Shown here piece by piece: positions 18,628-27,129 of a stretch of DNA of 64,000 nt. The translations under genes were made by a program, and so were the position numbers. The number at the start of each line of letters is the position of its first letter. The first letter of the stretch is position 1. This DNA comes from Prolixibacteraceae bacterium (GTDB lineage Bacteria > Bacteroidota > Bacteroidia > Bacteroidales > Prolixibacteraceae), in assembly GCA_021740385.1 (NCBI GenBank), contig JAIOZY010000020.1, positions 4,493-68,492 of the forward strand. Reading direction: 5' to 3'. The notes beneath the pieces were generated by a model that did no database searches, had not been told where the DNA came from, and saw only the letters and a list, made by a program, of their open reading frames with translations.

Positions 18628-19620
18628 ATGAAGTGGAAAACGATTAAGCGGTTTATACCCGATGGATTCATAATAGGAATCCTCACCATGATCCTTCTGG
18701 CTTACCTGTTTCCCGGGGTAGGGAAAGCGGGCAGCGCAGTTGAATTAAAAACCGTGATCAGGTATGGCATTATGCTGCTTTTCTTTTTTTACGGGTTGAG
18801 GTTAAGCCCCGAAAAGTTGAAAAGCGACCTTAAAAACTGGAAAATGCACCTCACAATCCAGTCGATCACTTTTTTATTATTTCCCATGCTGGTGCTAATA
18901 TCATACCCTTTTTTCAGGCATTCCGACTATTTTCAACTCTGGCTGGCCGTGTTTTTCCTGTCGGCTTTGCCCGGTACCGTTTCATCGTCGGTTGTAATGG
19001 TGTCCATTGCACGGGGAAACATTGGGGGGTCCATTTTTAATGCCAGCATTTCGGGCATTATTGGCATTGTGCTCACCCCGCTTTGGATGGGTTTTTTTCT
19101 CGATGCTTCAACTGAAAGTTTCGATTTTGCCCAAACCATTATCGATCTTGTTATCCAGATATTGCTGCCGCTTTCAGTTGGTTTGATTTTACAACGTTTT
19201 TTTGGGAAATGGGCCAACCGGAACAAGCGTTATTTAAGCCTCTTCGATAAAAGTGTGATCCTTACCATTGTTTACCGCAGTTTTGGTGATTCATTCAGCA
19301 ACGGTATTTTTTCCACTCTCCCAAACTGGACATTGCTGATTTTGGGAGCTGTTGTTATTGGATTGTTTTTCACCGTTTTTGGAATATCCGGAGTAATTTC
19401 ACGCTGGTTGCGTTTTAACCGCGAGGACCGGATCACGGTAATCTTTAACGGGTCGAAAAAGTCGTTGGTACACGGCTCGGTAATGGCCAGTGTTTTATTT
19501 GCCGGCAGCGCGGCAGGCAGCCTGTTCCTTGTTCCCATTATGATATACCATGCTTTTCAATTGTTTTATATCAGCCTGGTAGCACGGAGGTATGGGAAGG
19601 AGGAGCGGTCTCAATCATAA
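18628..19620 (+). CDS. Bile acid:sodium symporter family (SBF-like/YfeH-type) membrane transporter
   Basis: 330 aa, ~9-10 TM segments. N-terminal DGFIIGIL...FFFYGLRLSPEKL is typical of the SBF-like family. Confidence 0.7.
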   Translation: MKWKTIKRFIPDGFIIGILTMILLAYLFPGVGKAGSAVELKTVIRYGIMLLFFFYGLRLSPEKLKSDLKNWKMHLTIQSITFLLFPMLVLISYPFFRHSDYFQLWLAVFFLSALPGTVSSSVVMVSIARGNIGGSIFNASISGIIGIVLTPLWMGFFLDASTESFDFAQTIIDLVIQILLPLSVGLILQRFFGKWANRNKRYLSLFDKSVILTIVYRSFGDSFSNGIFSTLPNWTLLILGAVVIGLFFTVFGISGVISRWLRFNREDRITVIFNGSKKSLVHGSVMASVLFAGSAAGSLFLVPIMIYHAFQLFYISLVARRYGKEERSQS

Positions 19621-19621
19621 G

Positions 19622-19661
19622 GGCTTTAAAGTGCAGAAAGAGACATTGTTGTTTTAAAGCC
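19622..19661. terminator. Bidirectional hairpin between convergent genes
   Basis: GGCTTTAAA (19622-19630) pairs with TTTAAAGCC (19653-19661), between the + strand transporter stop and the - strand DUF5131 stop. Confidence 0.5.
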
Positions 19662-19675
19662 AAGAATTAGGAGAT

Positions 19676-20392
19676 TTAAATCAAATGTGGCATTTCATCG
19701 TAAATTTTTCCTTTTAGTAAACGTCCGTTTTTCTTTTTATTTGTGCCTCCCCATTGTTTAAAATAAAATGCTGTTGATTGATTTTTACATTGTTGCTGAA
19801 TGTTAAGCACCCATTCTTCTTTCATTGGCCTGGGTGTGCGCCCACTTTCCCCTCCAACGATAACCCAATCAATATTTTTAAAATTAAGATTAGGAAGGTT
19901 CGTTAAAAGAGGTTCACAGCTAAGAAATTTTACTTTTGCTCCAGTTTGTCTTAAAAAATCAATTCGTTTTATAACAGAATAATCCTCAACAGTTACTCCC
20001 ATCCAAATATTGTGAGTCCAATTTAGCCATCCTTCCATGTCGTAATAATGTAAAACATCGGCACGTTTTGTAAGTATTTGGAAAACATGTTGTGGATTGT
20101 CATTCATCACACTGAAAATTTGCTGAATATATTCAATTGGAACATCCTTATGGAATAGATCACTCATAGAGTTTACAAATATCACTTTAGGTTTTTTCCA
20201 ATTGTAAGGCTCATTTAATGTTTCAGGATGAAGGGTTAGTTTGAAACCATTTTGATATTTTATTTGCCCCATGGCTTTTAGTCGTTTTGCCATTATTTCT
20301 GCATAACAAAATTTGCATCCTGATGAAATTTTTGTACATCCCGTTATTGGGTTCCATGTACTTTCTGTCCATTCAATTTTTGATTTTACCAT
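19676..20392 (-). CDS. Phage Gp37/Gp68 family protein (DUF5131), three-Cys motif
   Basis: N-terminus KIEWTESTWNPITGCTKISSGCKFCYAE, plus NSMSDLFH, FQILTKR, FLSCEPLL, WVIVGGESG and FYFKQWGG. All are hallmarks of PF07505/DUF5131. Confidence 0.85.
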   Translation of the reverse strand: MVKSKIEWTESTWNPITGCTKISSGCKFCYAEIMAKRLKAMGQIKYQNGFKLTLHPETLNEPYNWKKPKVIFVNSMSDLFHKDVPIEYIQQIFSVMNDNPQHVFQILTKRADVLHYYDMEGWLNWTHNIWMGVTVEDYSVIKRIDFLRQTGAKVKFLSCEPLLTNLPNLNFKNIDWVIVGGESGRTPRPMKEEWVLNIQQQCKNQSTAFYFKQWGGTNKKKNGRLLKGKIYDEMPHLI

Positions 20393-21295
20393 TTAAATTG
20401 TTGTAATAATTTGTTTAGCAATTTTAACTGCATTTTGATTATTTGAAGCAAAAACAAAATGAAATATTGGCACATTTTTGGAATTAATTAACTTCATTGG
20501 TTTTTCAGTTACATACTTCCAAATTGTTTTTAATTGATCTACATAGATGTTTGAAATTTTTTTAATAGGATCATTCACCTTTTTTATTATTTCTTCTTCA
20601 CCAAAAAGTGTTGAATGATTTTCTTTTTTGTAAAAGTAGTTTTTTATCTCTTCTTCGCTTAATCCAAAAAATGATGTTAGCTTTTTTATTGATTTAAGTT
20701 CGCATTTTGAATCAAGTAGTCTATTTACAATTACACCTGTTGGAATCAAAATCCAAATGTCGCTTCGTGTGTCTTTTAATGAAGCAATTGAATCCCATCT
20801 GATTTGCATTCCAAACGGATCAAGTAATACTAATGCTGCATATTTATTGGAAGATTTCTTCATGGTTTCAGATAATTTTAAAAGCCATTGATTACAATCT
20901 CCTGATTTATATTGAAACTGATTTTGATATTTTATTTGAAAAGGATCAAGTCTTGTTTTTAGTTGATTCAATGATTCTTTTTTTAGGTCAATGAAATAGT
21001 GAAAATCGAAAGAAAGATTATTCGGTAAATTAAGAACCCGTTCTGCTGCGCCTTTATATACAAATTCTTCATTTTTACTAATGAAAAGTTGCTGAAAAAC
21101 AGGAGATTCGCATTTTGTGTTTCGGTTTCCATTCCCTGCAAAACCGTCAAAATATATTGTTTTCCAATATGAATGTTTCGTCATAATTGTAAGATATGCT
21201 GAAACATATTTTGAGAAAGCATCAAGTTTTCTTTTGGTCCAGAGACCGCCCCATGAAATTGAAGGCTCTTTGATGATTTGAGAGGAATTGTTCAT
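20393..21295 (-). CDS. tcmP: Three-Cys-motif partner protein TcmP
   Basis: WGGLWTKRKLDAFSKYVSAYL...IYFDGFAGNG matches the remembered TcmP (TIGR04474) N-terminal signature. Its stop directly abuts the DUF5131 start codon (20393/20392). Confidence 0.7.
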   Translation of the reverse strand: MNNSSQIIKEPSISWGGLWTKRKLDAFSKYVSAYLTIMTKHSYWKTIYFDGFAGNGNRNTKCESPVFQQLFISKNEEFVYKGAAERVLNLPNNLSFDFHYFIDLKKESLNQLKTRLDPFQIKYQNQFQYKSGDCNQWLLKLSETMKKSSNKYAALVLLDPFGMQIRWDSIASLKDTRSDIWILIPTGVIVNRLLDSKCELKSIKKLTSFFGLSEEEIKNYFYKKENHSTLFGEEEIIKKVNDPIKKISNIYVDQLKTIWKYVTEKPMKLINSKNVPIFHFVFASNNQNAVKIAKQIITTI

Positions 21296-21409
21296 TGTTA
21301 ACTTGTTCTTTAGAATATGCTAATATACAAATTTTTAAAGTCAAAATAATGAGAAATTATATAAAAAAACACCGTTTTCGCTGCCACCTTTTTTAACTTT
21401 GGCATCATA

Positions 21410-22426
21410 TTGTTGAATCGATTGATAAAACCATCCGTTTTGAAAAAAATAAACTGGGACGAACTTTACCGGAAAAATGCGCCGTTGTTGGTTGGGGTGT
21501 GCCGGAGGTATACCAGTAACGAGGCAGTAGCTCTTGACCTGGTGCAGGATACGTTTGTTACGGCCATGAATAAAATTGAGGATTACAAAGGAAAAGGTAA
21601 CATTGAGGGTTGGATACGCCGCATTGCCGTAAATAAAGCGTTGATGTATTTGCGTAGCCTGAAAACCAGTGAAATCCTTTCTGAAAAGATTGTCTCGAAT
21701 GTTCAAAATGAAACCGGAATGGAAACACCTGTCCATCATGTTCGATATGCAATTGAGAAAGCTTCGTTTACAACCGGCGAGTTGCTTGCCGTGATCGATG
21801 CATTGCCCACACACCATAAAACGGTATTCAACCTGCATGTAATTGACGGCTACAAGCACAAACAAATTGCACAATTGCTTGGGATTAGCCCCGGTACATC
21901 GAAATCGCACCTGGCCAGGGCGCGCAAAAAAGCGCAGGAACTGCTTTATTCCAGGGCTTTGGAAAAAGGGCCGGAAGAGAAGCGAAAGAATAGCCTGGTA
22001 TTTCTTCTGTTACTTTTGCCTAACAGGATTGATTCAATTTTCAGAAAAGGTTTTCGAAGTTATGAGCTTCCGGTGAATCCTTTTCCTCAAATGGGCAACT
22101 CAAGCGGAAATTCAATTGTTAAGCAAGGTATAACGCTTACCGGTAAACTTGTCATTTCAGGTATTGTCGCATCTTTTTTTGTCGCCGGTTTTTTTATTGT
22201 TCGCCTGGATTTTTCAAATGAAGCACTGCCTGAAAAACAGGAACTTTTAACGGGTATCGATACTGTTTTGAATATAGAGAAACAGGTTTTGCTTCCTGCA
22301 GAAACCGTTTCGGCTGAAAATGTTACAACTGATGCGGCAGGCAAAAACACTGTTGCACCGGTGATTGTAAAAAAGCAAATTGTAATCCATGATACCATCC
22401 GCCTTGAACGACCTGCTGAAAATTAA
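21410..22426 (+). CDS. ECF-type RNA polymerase sigma-70 factor fused to a ~158 aa C-terminal extension with a TM helix
   Basis: Region 2 (DLVQDTFVTAMNKI..GWIRRIAVNKALMYLR) and region 4 (KQIAQLLGISPGTSKSHLARARKKA) end near aa 180. The frame then stays open through a hydrophobic helix, LVISGIVASFFVAGFFIV (~22148-22205). Start codon is uncertain (TTG in the track). Confidence 0.75.
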   Translation: MLNRLIKPSVLKKINWDELYRKNAPLLVGVCRRYTSNEAVALDLVQDTFVTAMNKIEDYKGKGNIEGWIRRIAVNKALMYLRSLKTSEILSEKIVSNVQNETGMETPVHHVRYAIEKASFTTGELLAVIDALPTHHKTVFNLHVIDGYKHKQIAQLLGISPGTSKSHLARARKKAQELLYSRALEKGPEEKRKNSLVFLLLLLPNRIDSIFRKGFRSYELPVNPFPQMGNSSGNSIVKQGITLTGKLVISGIVASFFVAGFFIVRLDFSNEALPEKQELLTGIDTVLNIEKQVLLPAETVSAENVTTDAAGKNTVAPVIVKKQIVIHDTIRLERPAEN

Positions 22427-23381
22427 TCTTCTCTTGATCCTTCTTTTACCGGCAGCAATAGCAAAAGCACAGCCCGACACCATTGTCGTGTACGAATATA
22501 TACATAAAACCGATACGGTTTGGGTTGAACCCGAGCCGGTGCGAGATACGCTTGTTATTCAGCAGTTAGAATCGATTGAATGTGCAACACTTTATTTCGA
22601 TTCCATCCGGAAAAAAGCCGGTCTGGTAGTTTTTTCCAACGGTGCCAGTGCAACCATTCCCATTAACCGCATCATATTGGGTGGAAACAAAAACCAAACG
22701 GAAATGAAACAAAAAGGTTTTTTCACTTTACTGCTGTTTTCAATGCAAAGCATTTTGTGTGCGCAGCCAACGCTCGATTTTTACACGGGCACAACCAGCC
22801 ACTGGTTTCAGCACAATACAAGCACCATTAGCAACCCCATGTGGTTGGGCGCTCACATGGGAGCCGGAATTAACCTCCCGTTTAAAAACCCTAAATGGGA
22901 AATTTCAACAGGATTTGAATTGCACTTTGTATTCCCAACCGGTGACTACAAACAAATTAAAGCCATTGATGAAACACTCCCGTATATCGAACGCGACTTT
23001 GCCCAAATCCAAACCAACGTGATCATCAATGAACTGAACACGGGATTGTTTGAAAAGCCTTTTAAACAAGTTACTGTTCCGGTTAAACTTGGTTATAACC
23101 TTGGCAATTGGAAACCTTTTGCAGGCTTTGCATACAGTTACACATACTTTCTTTACAATACAAATGCAATAAGGGTGCGGACAAGGTCATTCCATGATTT
23201 TTCCCTTATGGCAGGTACAAGTTATTCCTTTTCTGATAAGCTTGGTTTGAAGTTGAGCCTTTACAAAGGGATTGCCGACAAATACAATGCCTTTGAAGAT
23301 TTTATCTCACCTACGGCTGGCATGAAAGAATACTACTTTCAATCGGTTTATGCTACACTCAGTTTTGTTTTCACCTTGTAA
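22389..23381 (+). CDS. Secreted/outer-membrane protein with two in-frame signal peptides (possible fusion, or an internal start at 22704)
   Basis: First signal peptide LLLILLLPAAIAKAQ. A second, in-frame signal MKQKGFFTLLLFSMQSILCAQ begins at 22704. The C-terminus ..ATLSFVFTL is beta-barrel-like. The ORF overlaps the sigma gene by 38 nt. Confidence 0.5.
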   Translation: MIPSALNDLLKINLLLILLLPAAIAKAQPDTIVVYEYIHKTDTVWVEPEPVRDTLVIQQLESIECATLYFDSIRKKAGLVVFSNGASATIPINRIILGGNKNQTEMKQKGFFTLLLFSMQSILCAQPTLDFYTGTTSHWFQHNTSTISNPMWLGAHMGAGINLPFKNPKWEISTGFELHFVFPTGDYKQIKAIDETLPYIERDFAQIQTNVIINELNTGLFEKPFKQVTVPVKLGYNLGNWKPFAGFAYSYTYFLYNTNAIRVRTRSFHDFSLMAGTSYSFSDKLGLKLSLYKGIADKYNAFEDFISPTAGMKEYYFQSVYATLSFVFTL

Positions 23382-23392
23382 AAAACGAAGTT

Positions 23393-24301
23393 ATGAAACG
23401 ATCAATTATATACTTTCTTACAATTGTTTTATTTTTCATCGCATCATGCGACGATACAATTTTAAAACCAGAGGTTGAACTCAAAGAGGGACTGAACATA
23501 CAAATTGGCAACAGCATTTTATTCACTGAAAAAGATATTGATTATTATGACCATTCTTCCCACTATTTTTATTTTAACAAGCCACTTAAACAAAGTCTTT
23601 CTAATTATGGAAATTCAAAGTTCTGGATTACAAACAGTAGCATCGTTATTTATGAAGGAATACTTAAAACTTCTGAATGCGGCTGTTTAGAAGGTGATTC
23701 CACTTTAATTTATGACAATTATGAACACGCTGATTTTGTTCTGAAATTAGGTCATTACCCGTGTTATAATTCATCAACCAACTTTGCAAACGATTATAGG
23801 GAAAGCAAAGCTTTTATTAATGAGCTTTCTCAATTGGGGTTTTTGCATCCCGGGCTTGAATGCATTGTCGATTCAATACAAATTATCGGCGATAAAAGAA
23901 TTAAAATGTATCATAAAATATGTAATTATGATACCTGGAATTACTACTTTCCTGATCCTGAAAGAATTCCTGAAAATAGTACATATGATCATAACCGTAG
24001 ATTGCGATTGTATGAAAAAAATACTCAAATGTATGCCCTATATCATTCACCCGAAGAAAGTACTTTACTTCGTGTCGGGAAGAAAGATACCAGTTTGCTC
24101 ATGCTTATCAAAGCCGGGGAATCGATATCACGTGTGACAGAATATTCCTTATCGAACAATATTTCCCCAGGGAACTATAAGATTTATTTGAAATTACCCG
24201 GACTTGGACAAGATATATCCTATCCGGAAGAAAGGGAATTAGCCCAAGGGAAAATATGGCTTGGAGAAATTTTAATGCATCAGGACATTGATATCAAATA
24301 A
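23393..24301 (+). CDS. Hypothetical lipoprotein
   Basis: Lipobox LFFIASC. 302 aa, no family recognised. Confidence 0.55.
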   Translation: MKRSIIYFLTIVLFFIASCDDTILKPEVELKEGLNIQIGNSILFTEKDIDYYDHSSHYFYFNKPLKQSLSNYGNSKFWITNSSIVIYEGILKTSECGCLEGDSTLIYDNYEHADFVLKLGHYPCYNSSTNFANDYRESKAFINELSQLGFLHPGLECIVDSIQIIGDKRIKMYHKICNYDTWNYYFPDPERIPENSTYDHNRRLRLYEKNTQMYALYHSPEESTLLRVGKKDTSLLMLIKAGESISRVTEYSLSNNISPGNYKIYLKLPGLGQDISYPEERELAQGKIWLGEILMHQDIDIK

Positions 24302-24303
24302 TT

Positions 24304-24996
24304 ATGAACTCAAAATTCTTCAAGATGAATAAAATAATATTACAGATACTAACTCTCCTTTTAATAAGCGGTCAGTTGTTCGCCCAAAAAGGCAACGGGT
24401 TTAATATTTCGTTTTTTACAAAAGGGAATTTCAATGCTTATTCAACGCATTATTTTGAGCTTGATCCATATTATGAATATAACAAGAATACTGAAATGGT
24501 TGGTGGGGCATTTAATGCCTCTCTGGGGATTGCCGGGAATATCCCTTTAAATAAACCATTTGCTTTTTACCCACGACTCGGATACACTAAACTTAGGGGA
24601 TTGCAATCAACAGCTTACAGATATTATTACCCTGATAAAACTGATCCTATTAATATTATAAGTAACATTGCCGAAACACGTTTCTATTTCATTTCTGCGG
24701 ATTTTCTCCTGAAATACTATCTGCCCCTTGGAAACGTGAAAAAATATTACATATATGGCGGCCTTCGCACCGACTTCCTTTTATGGGACGATGATGTATT
24801 GTACGACAATGAGCTGATATTTGAGGGCATGAACGATTTCAATCTCAACTACGTTGGCGGACTGGGCTTTGATTTCTGGAAAGGTTTTTATTTTAACCTC
24901 GAGTATTCAAACAACATAACCAACTTTATTAAAAACGACCGCTACCTGATAAGGTATTTTTCATTATCGGCCAGTTTGGGGATTTATGTATTTTGA
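24304..24996 (+). CDS. Small outer-membrane beta-barrel (porin-family-like) protein
   Basis: Signal peptide ..LLISGQLFAQ, alternating aromatic/hydrophobic strands, terminal ..LGIYVF. Confidence 0.5.
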   Translation: MNSKFFKMNKIILQILTLLLISGQLFAQKGNGFNISFFTKGNFNAYSTHYFELDPYYEYNKNTEMVGGAFNASLGIAGNIPLNKPFAFYPRLGYTKLRGLQSTAYRYYYPDKTDPINIISNIAETRFYFISADFLLKYYLPLGNVKKYYIYGGLRTDFLLWDDDVLYDNELIFEGMNDFNLNYVGGLGFDFWKGFYFNLEYSNNITNFIKNDRYLIRYFSLSASLGIYVF

Positions 24997-25055
24997 ATTG
25001 CATAATCCGTTTTTTTCACCTATTTTTTGGCAGGATAAATGACCGTATTTTCACA

Positions 25056-25937
25056 ATGTCAAAAGCCCGTTACATACCTGCGAAAACCATACTGTCGAAG
25101 GTGAAAAACGCACCCGACAAGTGGTTTGGGATAACCTACAACATGAACCTTTACCGGGGCTGCCAGCATCAGTGCATTTATTGCGATTCGCGCAGCGAGT
25201 GTTACCAACTGGGCGATCTGGCCGATATACGCATAAAAGAGAACGCCCTTCAAATTCTTGAACGGGAACTAAAAACAAAACGCAAACGGGCAACTGTAGG
25301 ATTTGGCAGTATGAACGACCCGTATATGCCGGTTGAAGCTCAGGAACAGTTAACACGTGGCGCATTAAAACTCCTTCTCAGGTACAATTACCCGGTGCAC
25401 ATGCTTACCAAAAGTGACCTGATTTTGCGGGATATCGATCTGTTGAAACAACTTTCGGTAAAGTATGCAGCCGCTTCGTTTACAATAACAACTGCCGATG
25501 ATACTTTGGCAAAAGTAATTGAACCGGGGGCGCCGATTTCTTCAAAAAGGTTTGAAGCCATTTCTCGCCTGGCTTCCGAAGGGATATATACAGGTGTAAT
25601 GTACATGCCCTTGCTGCCATTTATTAATGATAGCTGGGAAGAGGTTGAAAAAACAATCGTGAAGGCAAAAGAAGCAGGTGCCAAATACCTGCTATTCTGG
25701 CCTGGCTTGTCGCTCCGCCAGGGATCGAGGGAGTATTTTTACAAAAAGCTCGACCAACACTTCCCCGGTAAAAAACAAAAATATATCGAAACCTTTGGAG
25801 ATAGTTATATATGCAATTCGCCCAATGCCAATGAACTTTACCGGAAAGCTACACTGCTGCAAAAAAAGATTGACCTGCCGCAAAAAATGAATTTTTTTCA
25901 GGAAGATAGAGCAGAACAATTTCGATTGGATTTTTAA
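25056..25937 (+). CDS. Radical SAM protein of the SplB/COG1533 type
   Basis: CQHQCIYC (CxxxCxxC) in the context YNMNLYRGCQHQCIYCDSR. Start moved to MSKARYIP (25056). Confidence 0.75.
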   Translation: MSKARYIPAKTILSKVKNAPDKWFGITYNMNLYRGCQHQCIYCDSRSECYQLGDLADIRIKENALQILERELKTKRKRATVGFGSMNDPYMPVEAQEQLTRGALKLLLRYNYPVHMLTKSDLILRDIDLLKQLSVKYAAASFTITTADDTLAKVIEPGAPISSKRFEAISRLASEGIYTGVMYMPLLPFINDSWEEVEKTIVKAKEAGAKYLLFWPGLSLRQGSREYFYKKLDQHFPGKKQKYIETFGDSYICNSPNANELYRKATLLQKKIDLPQKMNFFQEDRAEQFRLDF

Positions 25938-26031
25938 TCTTTTCTCAATATTCAAATTTTTAAGTGTGGTAAACTTTGTATAGTTTTGTGCCTTTCAGAA
26001 AATTGACTGGTAATTAAAAATCTTTCAGAAA

Positions 26032-26988
26032 ATGGAAAAGGTAGCAATTGGTATTGATGTAGGCGGAACAAATACCGTTTTTGGGATAGTTGACAAGGAA
26101 GGGAAAGTGCTGGCAAATGGTAAAATTCCTACACCTAAAAAAAACGATGTCAATAAATATATTTCCGACATTACGGCAGGCATAAAAGATTTATTGGGAC
26201 AGCTCAACGGATACGAATGCCTCGGTATTGGTATTGGTGCACCCAACGGAAACATTAATAACGGCACAATTGAACACGCGACCAACCTTCCGTTTAAAGG
26301 CGTTGTTCCTTTTACTTCATTATTAAAGGAGAATTTTCCTGAGTGCAAAAACATCGTTTTAACCAACGATGCAAACGCGGCAGCCATTGGTGAGATGATT
26401 TATGGCGGCGCTAAAGAGATGAAAAACTTCATCATGATCACGCTCGGTACCGGTTTGGGCGGCGGCGTTGTCGTGAATGGCGAACTGGTTTACGGCCACG
26501 ATGGTTTTGCCGGCGAACTTGGACACATTACCGTTACCGCTGAAGGGCGTGAATGCGGTTGCGGGCAGTTTGGCCACCTCGAAACCTATTGTTCGGCAAC
26601 AGGTATGGTGCGTACTGCTTTTGAACTGCTTTCACACCACAATGCAACCGACAGCCTACTGGCTACCAAAACCTTTAGGGAACTAACATCGAAAGATATT
26701 TACGAGGCAGCTTTACAGGACGACCCGATTGCCCAGGCCGTTTTTGAAATCACCGGCGATATACTGGGCCATGCCCTGGCCGACTATGTACACATTTTCA
26801 GTCCCGAGGCCATATTCCTGTTTGGCGGGCCGGTTGCTTCAGGTGAATTGCTATTTAAGCACACACGCGAATCGATGGAAAGCCACCTGATGCCCGTGTT
26901 TAAAAACAAAGTTAAAATTTTGCCTTCGGAACTTAAAATGGGTACTGCCGCCATTGTTGGGGCAAGTGCGCTGGTGGCTATGAAGTAA
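26032..26988 (+). CDS. ROK-family glucokinase
   Basis: N-terminal IGIDVGGTN, GTGLGGG, and the ROK zinc motif GHITV...CGCGQFGHLETYCS. Confidence 0.85.
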   Translation: MEKVAIGIDVGGTNTVFGIVDKEGKVLANGKIPTPKKNDVNKYISDITAGIKDLLGQLNGYECLGIGIGAPNGNINNGTIEHATNLPFKGVVPFTSLLKENFPECKNIVLTNDANAAAIGEMIYGGAKEMKNFIMITLGTGLGGGVVVNGELVYGHDGFAGELGHITVTAEGRECGCGQFGHLETYCSATGMVRTAFELLSHHNATDSLLATKTFRELTSKDIYEAALQDDPIAQAVFEITGDILGHALADYVHIFSPEAIFLFGGPVASGELLFKHTRESMESHLMPVFKNKVKILPSELKMGTAAIVGASALVAMK

Positions 26989-26994
26989 AAGCCT

Positions 26995-27024
26995 CCCCTA
27001 ACCTCCGCCAGTTGGCGGAAGGGG
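26995..27024 (+). terminator. Hairpin after the glucokinase gene; a variant of the class A palindrome
   Basis: CCCCTaaCCTCCGCCAgtTGGCGGAAGGGG starts 7 nt after the stop codon. Confidence 0.5.
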
Positions 27025-27129
27025 AACCAAGGGCAAAGCATTATGGGGCGTTTATCCGTATTTTAAAATATCCCATAAACAAGAATGGAGTTCGTTATAA
27101 GTTGTTAAGCTAATACGAAAATTTTAACC

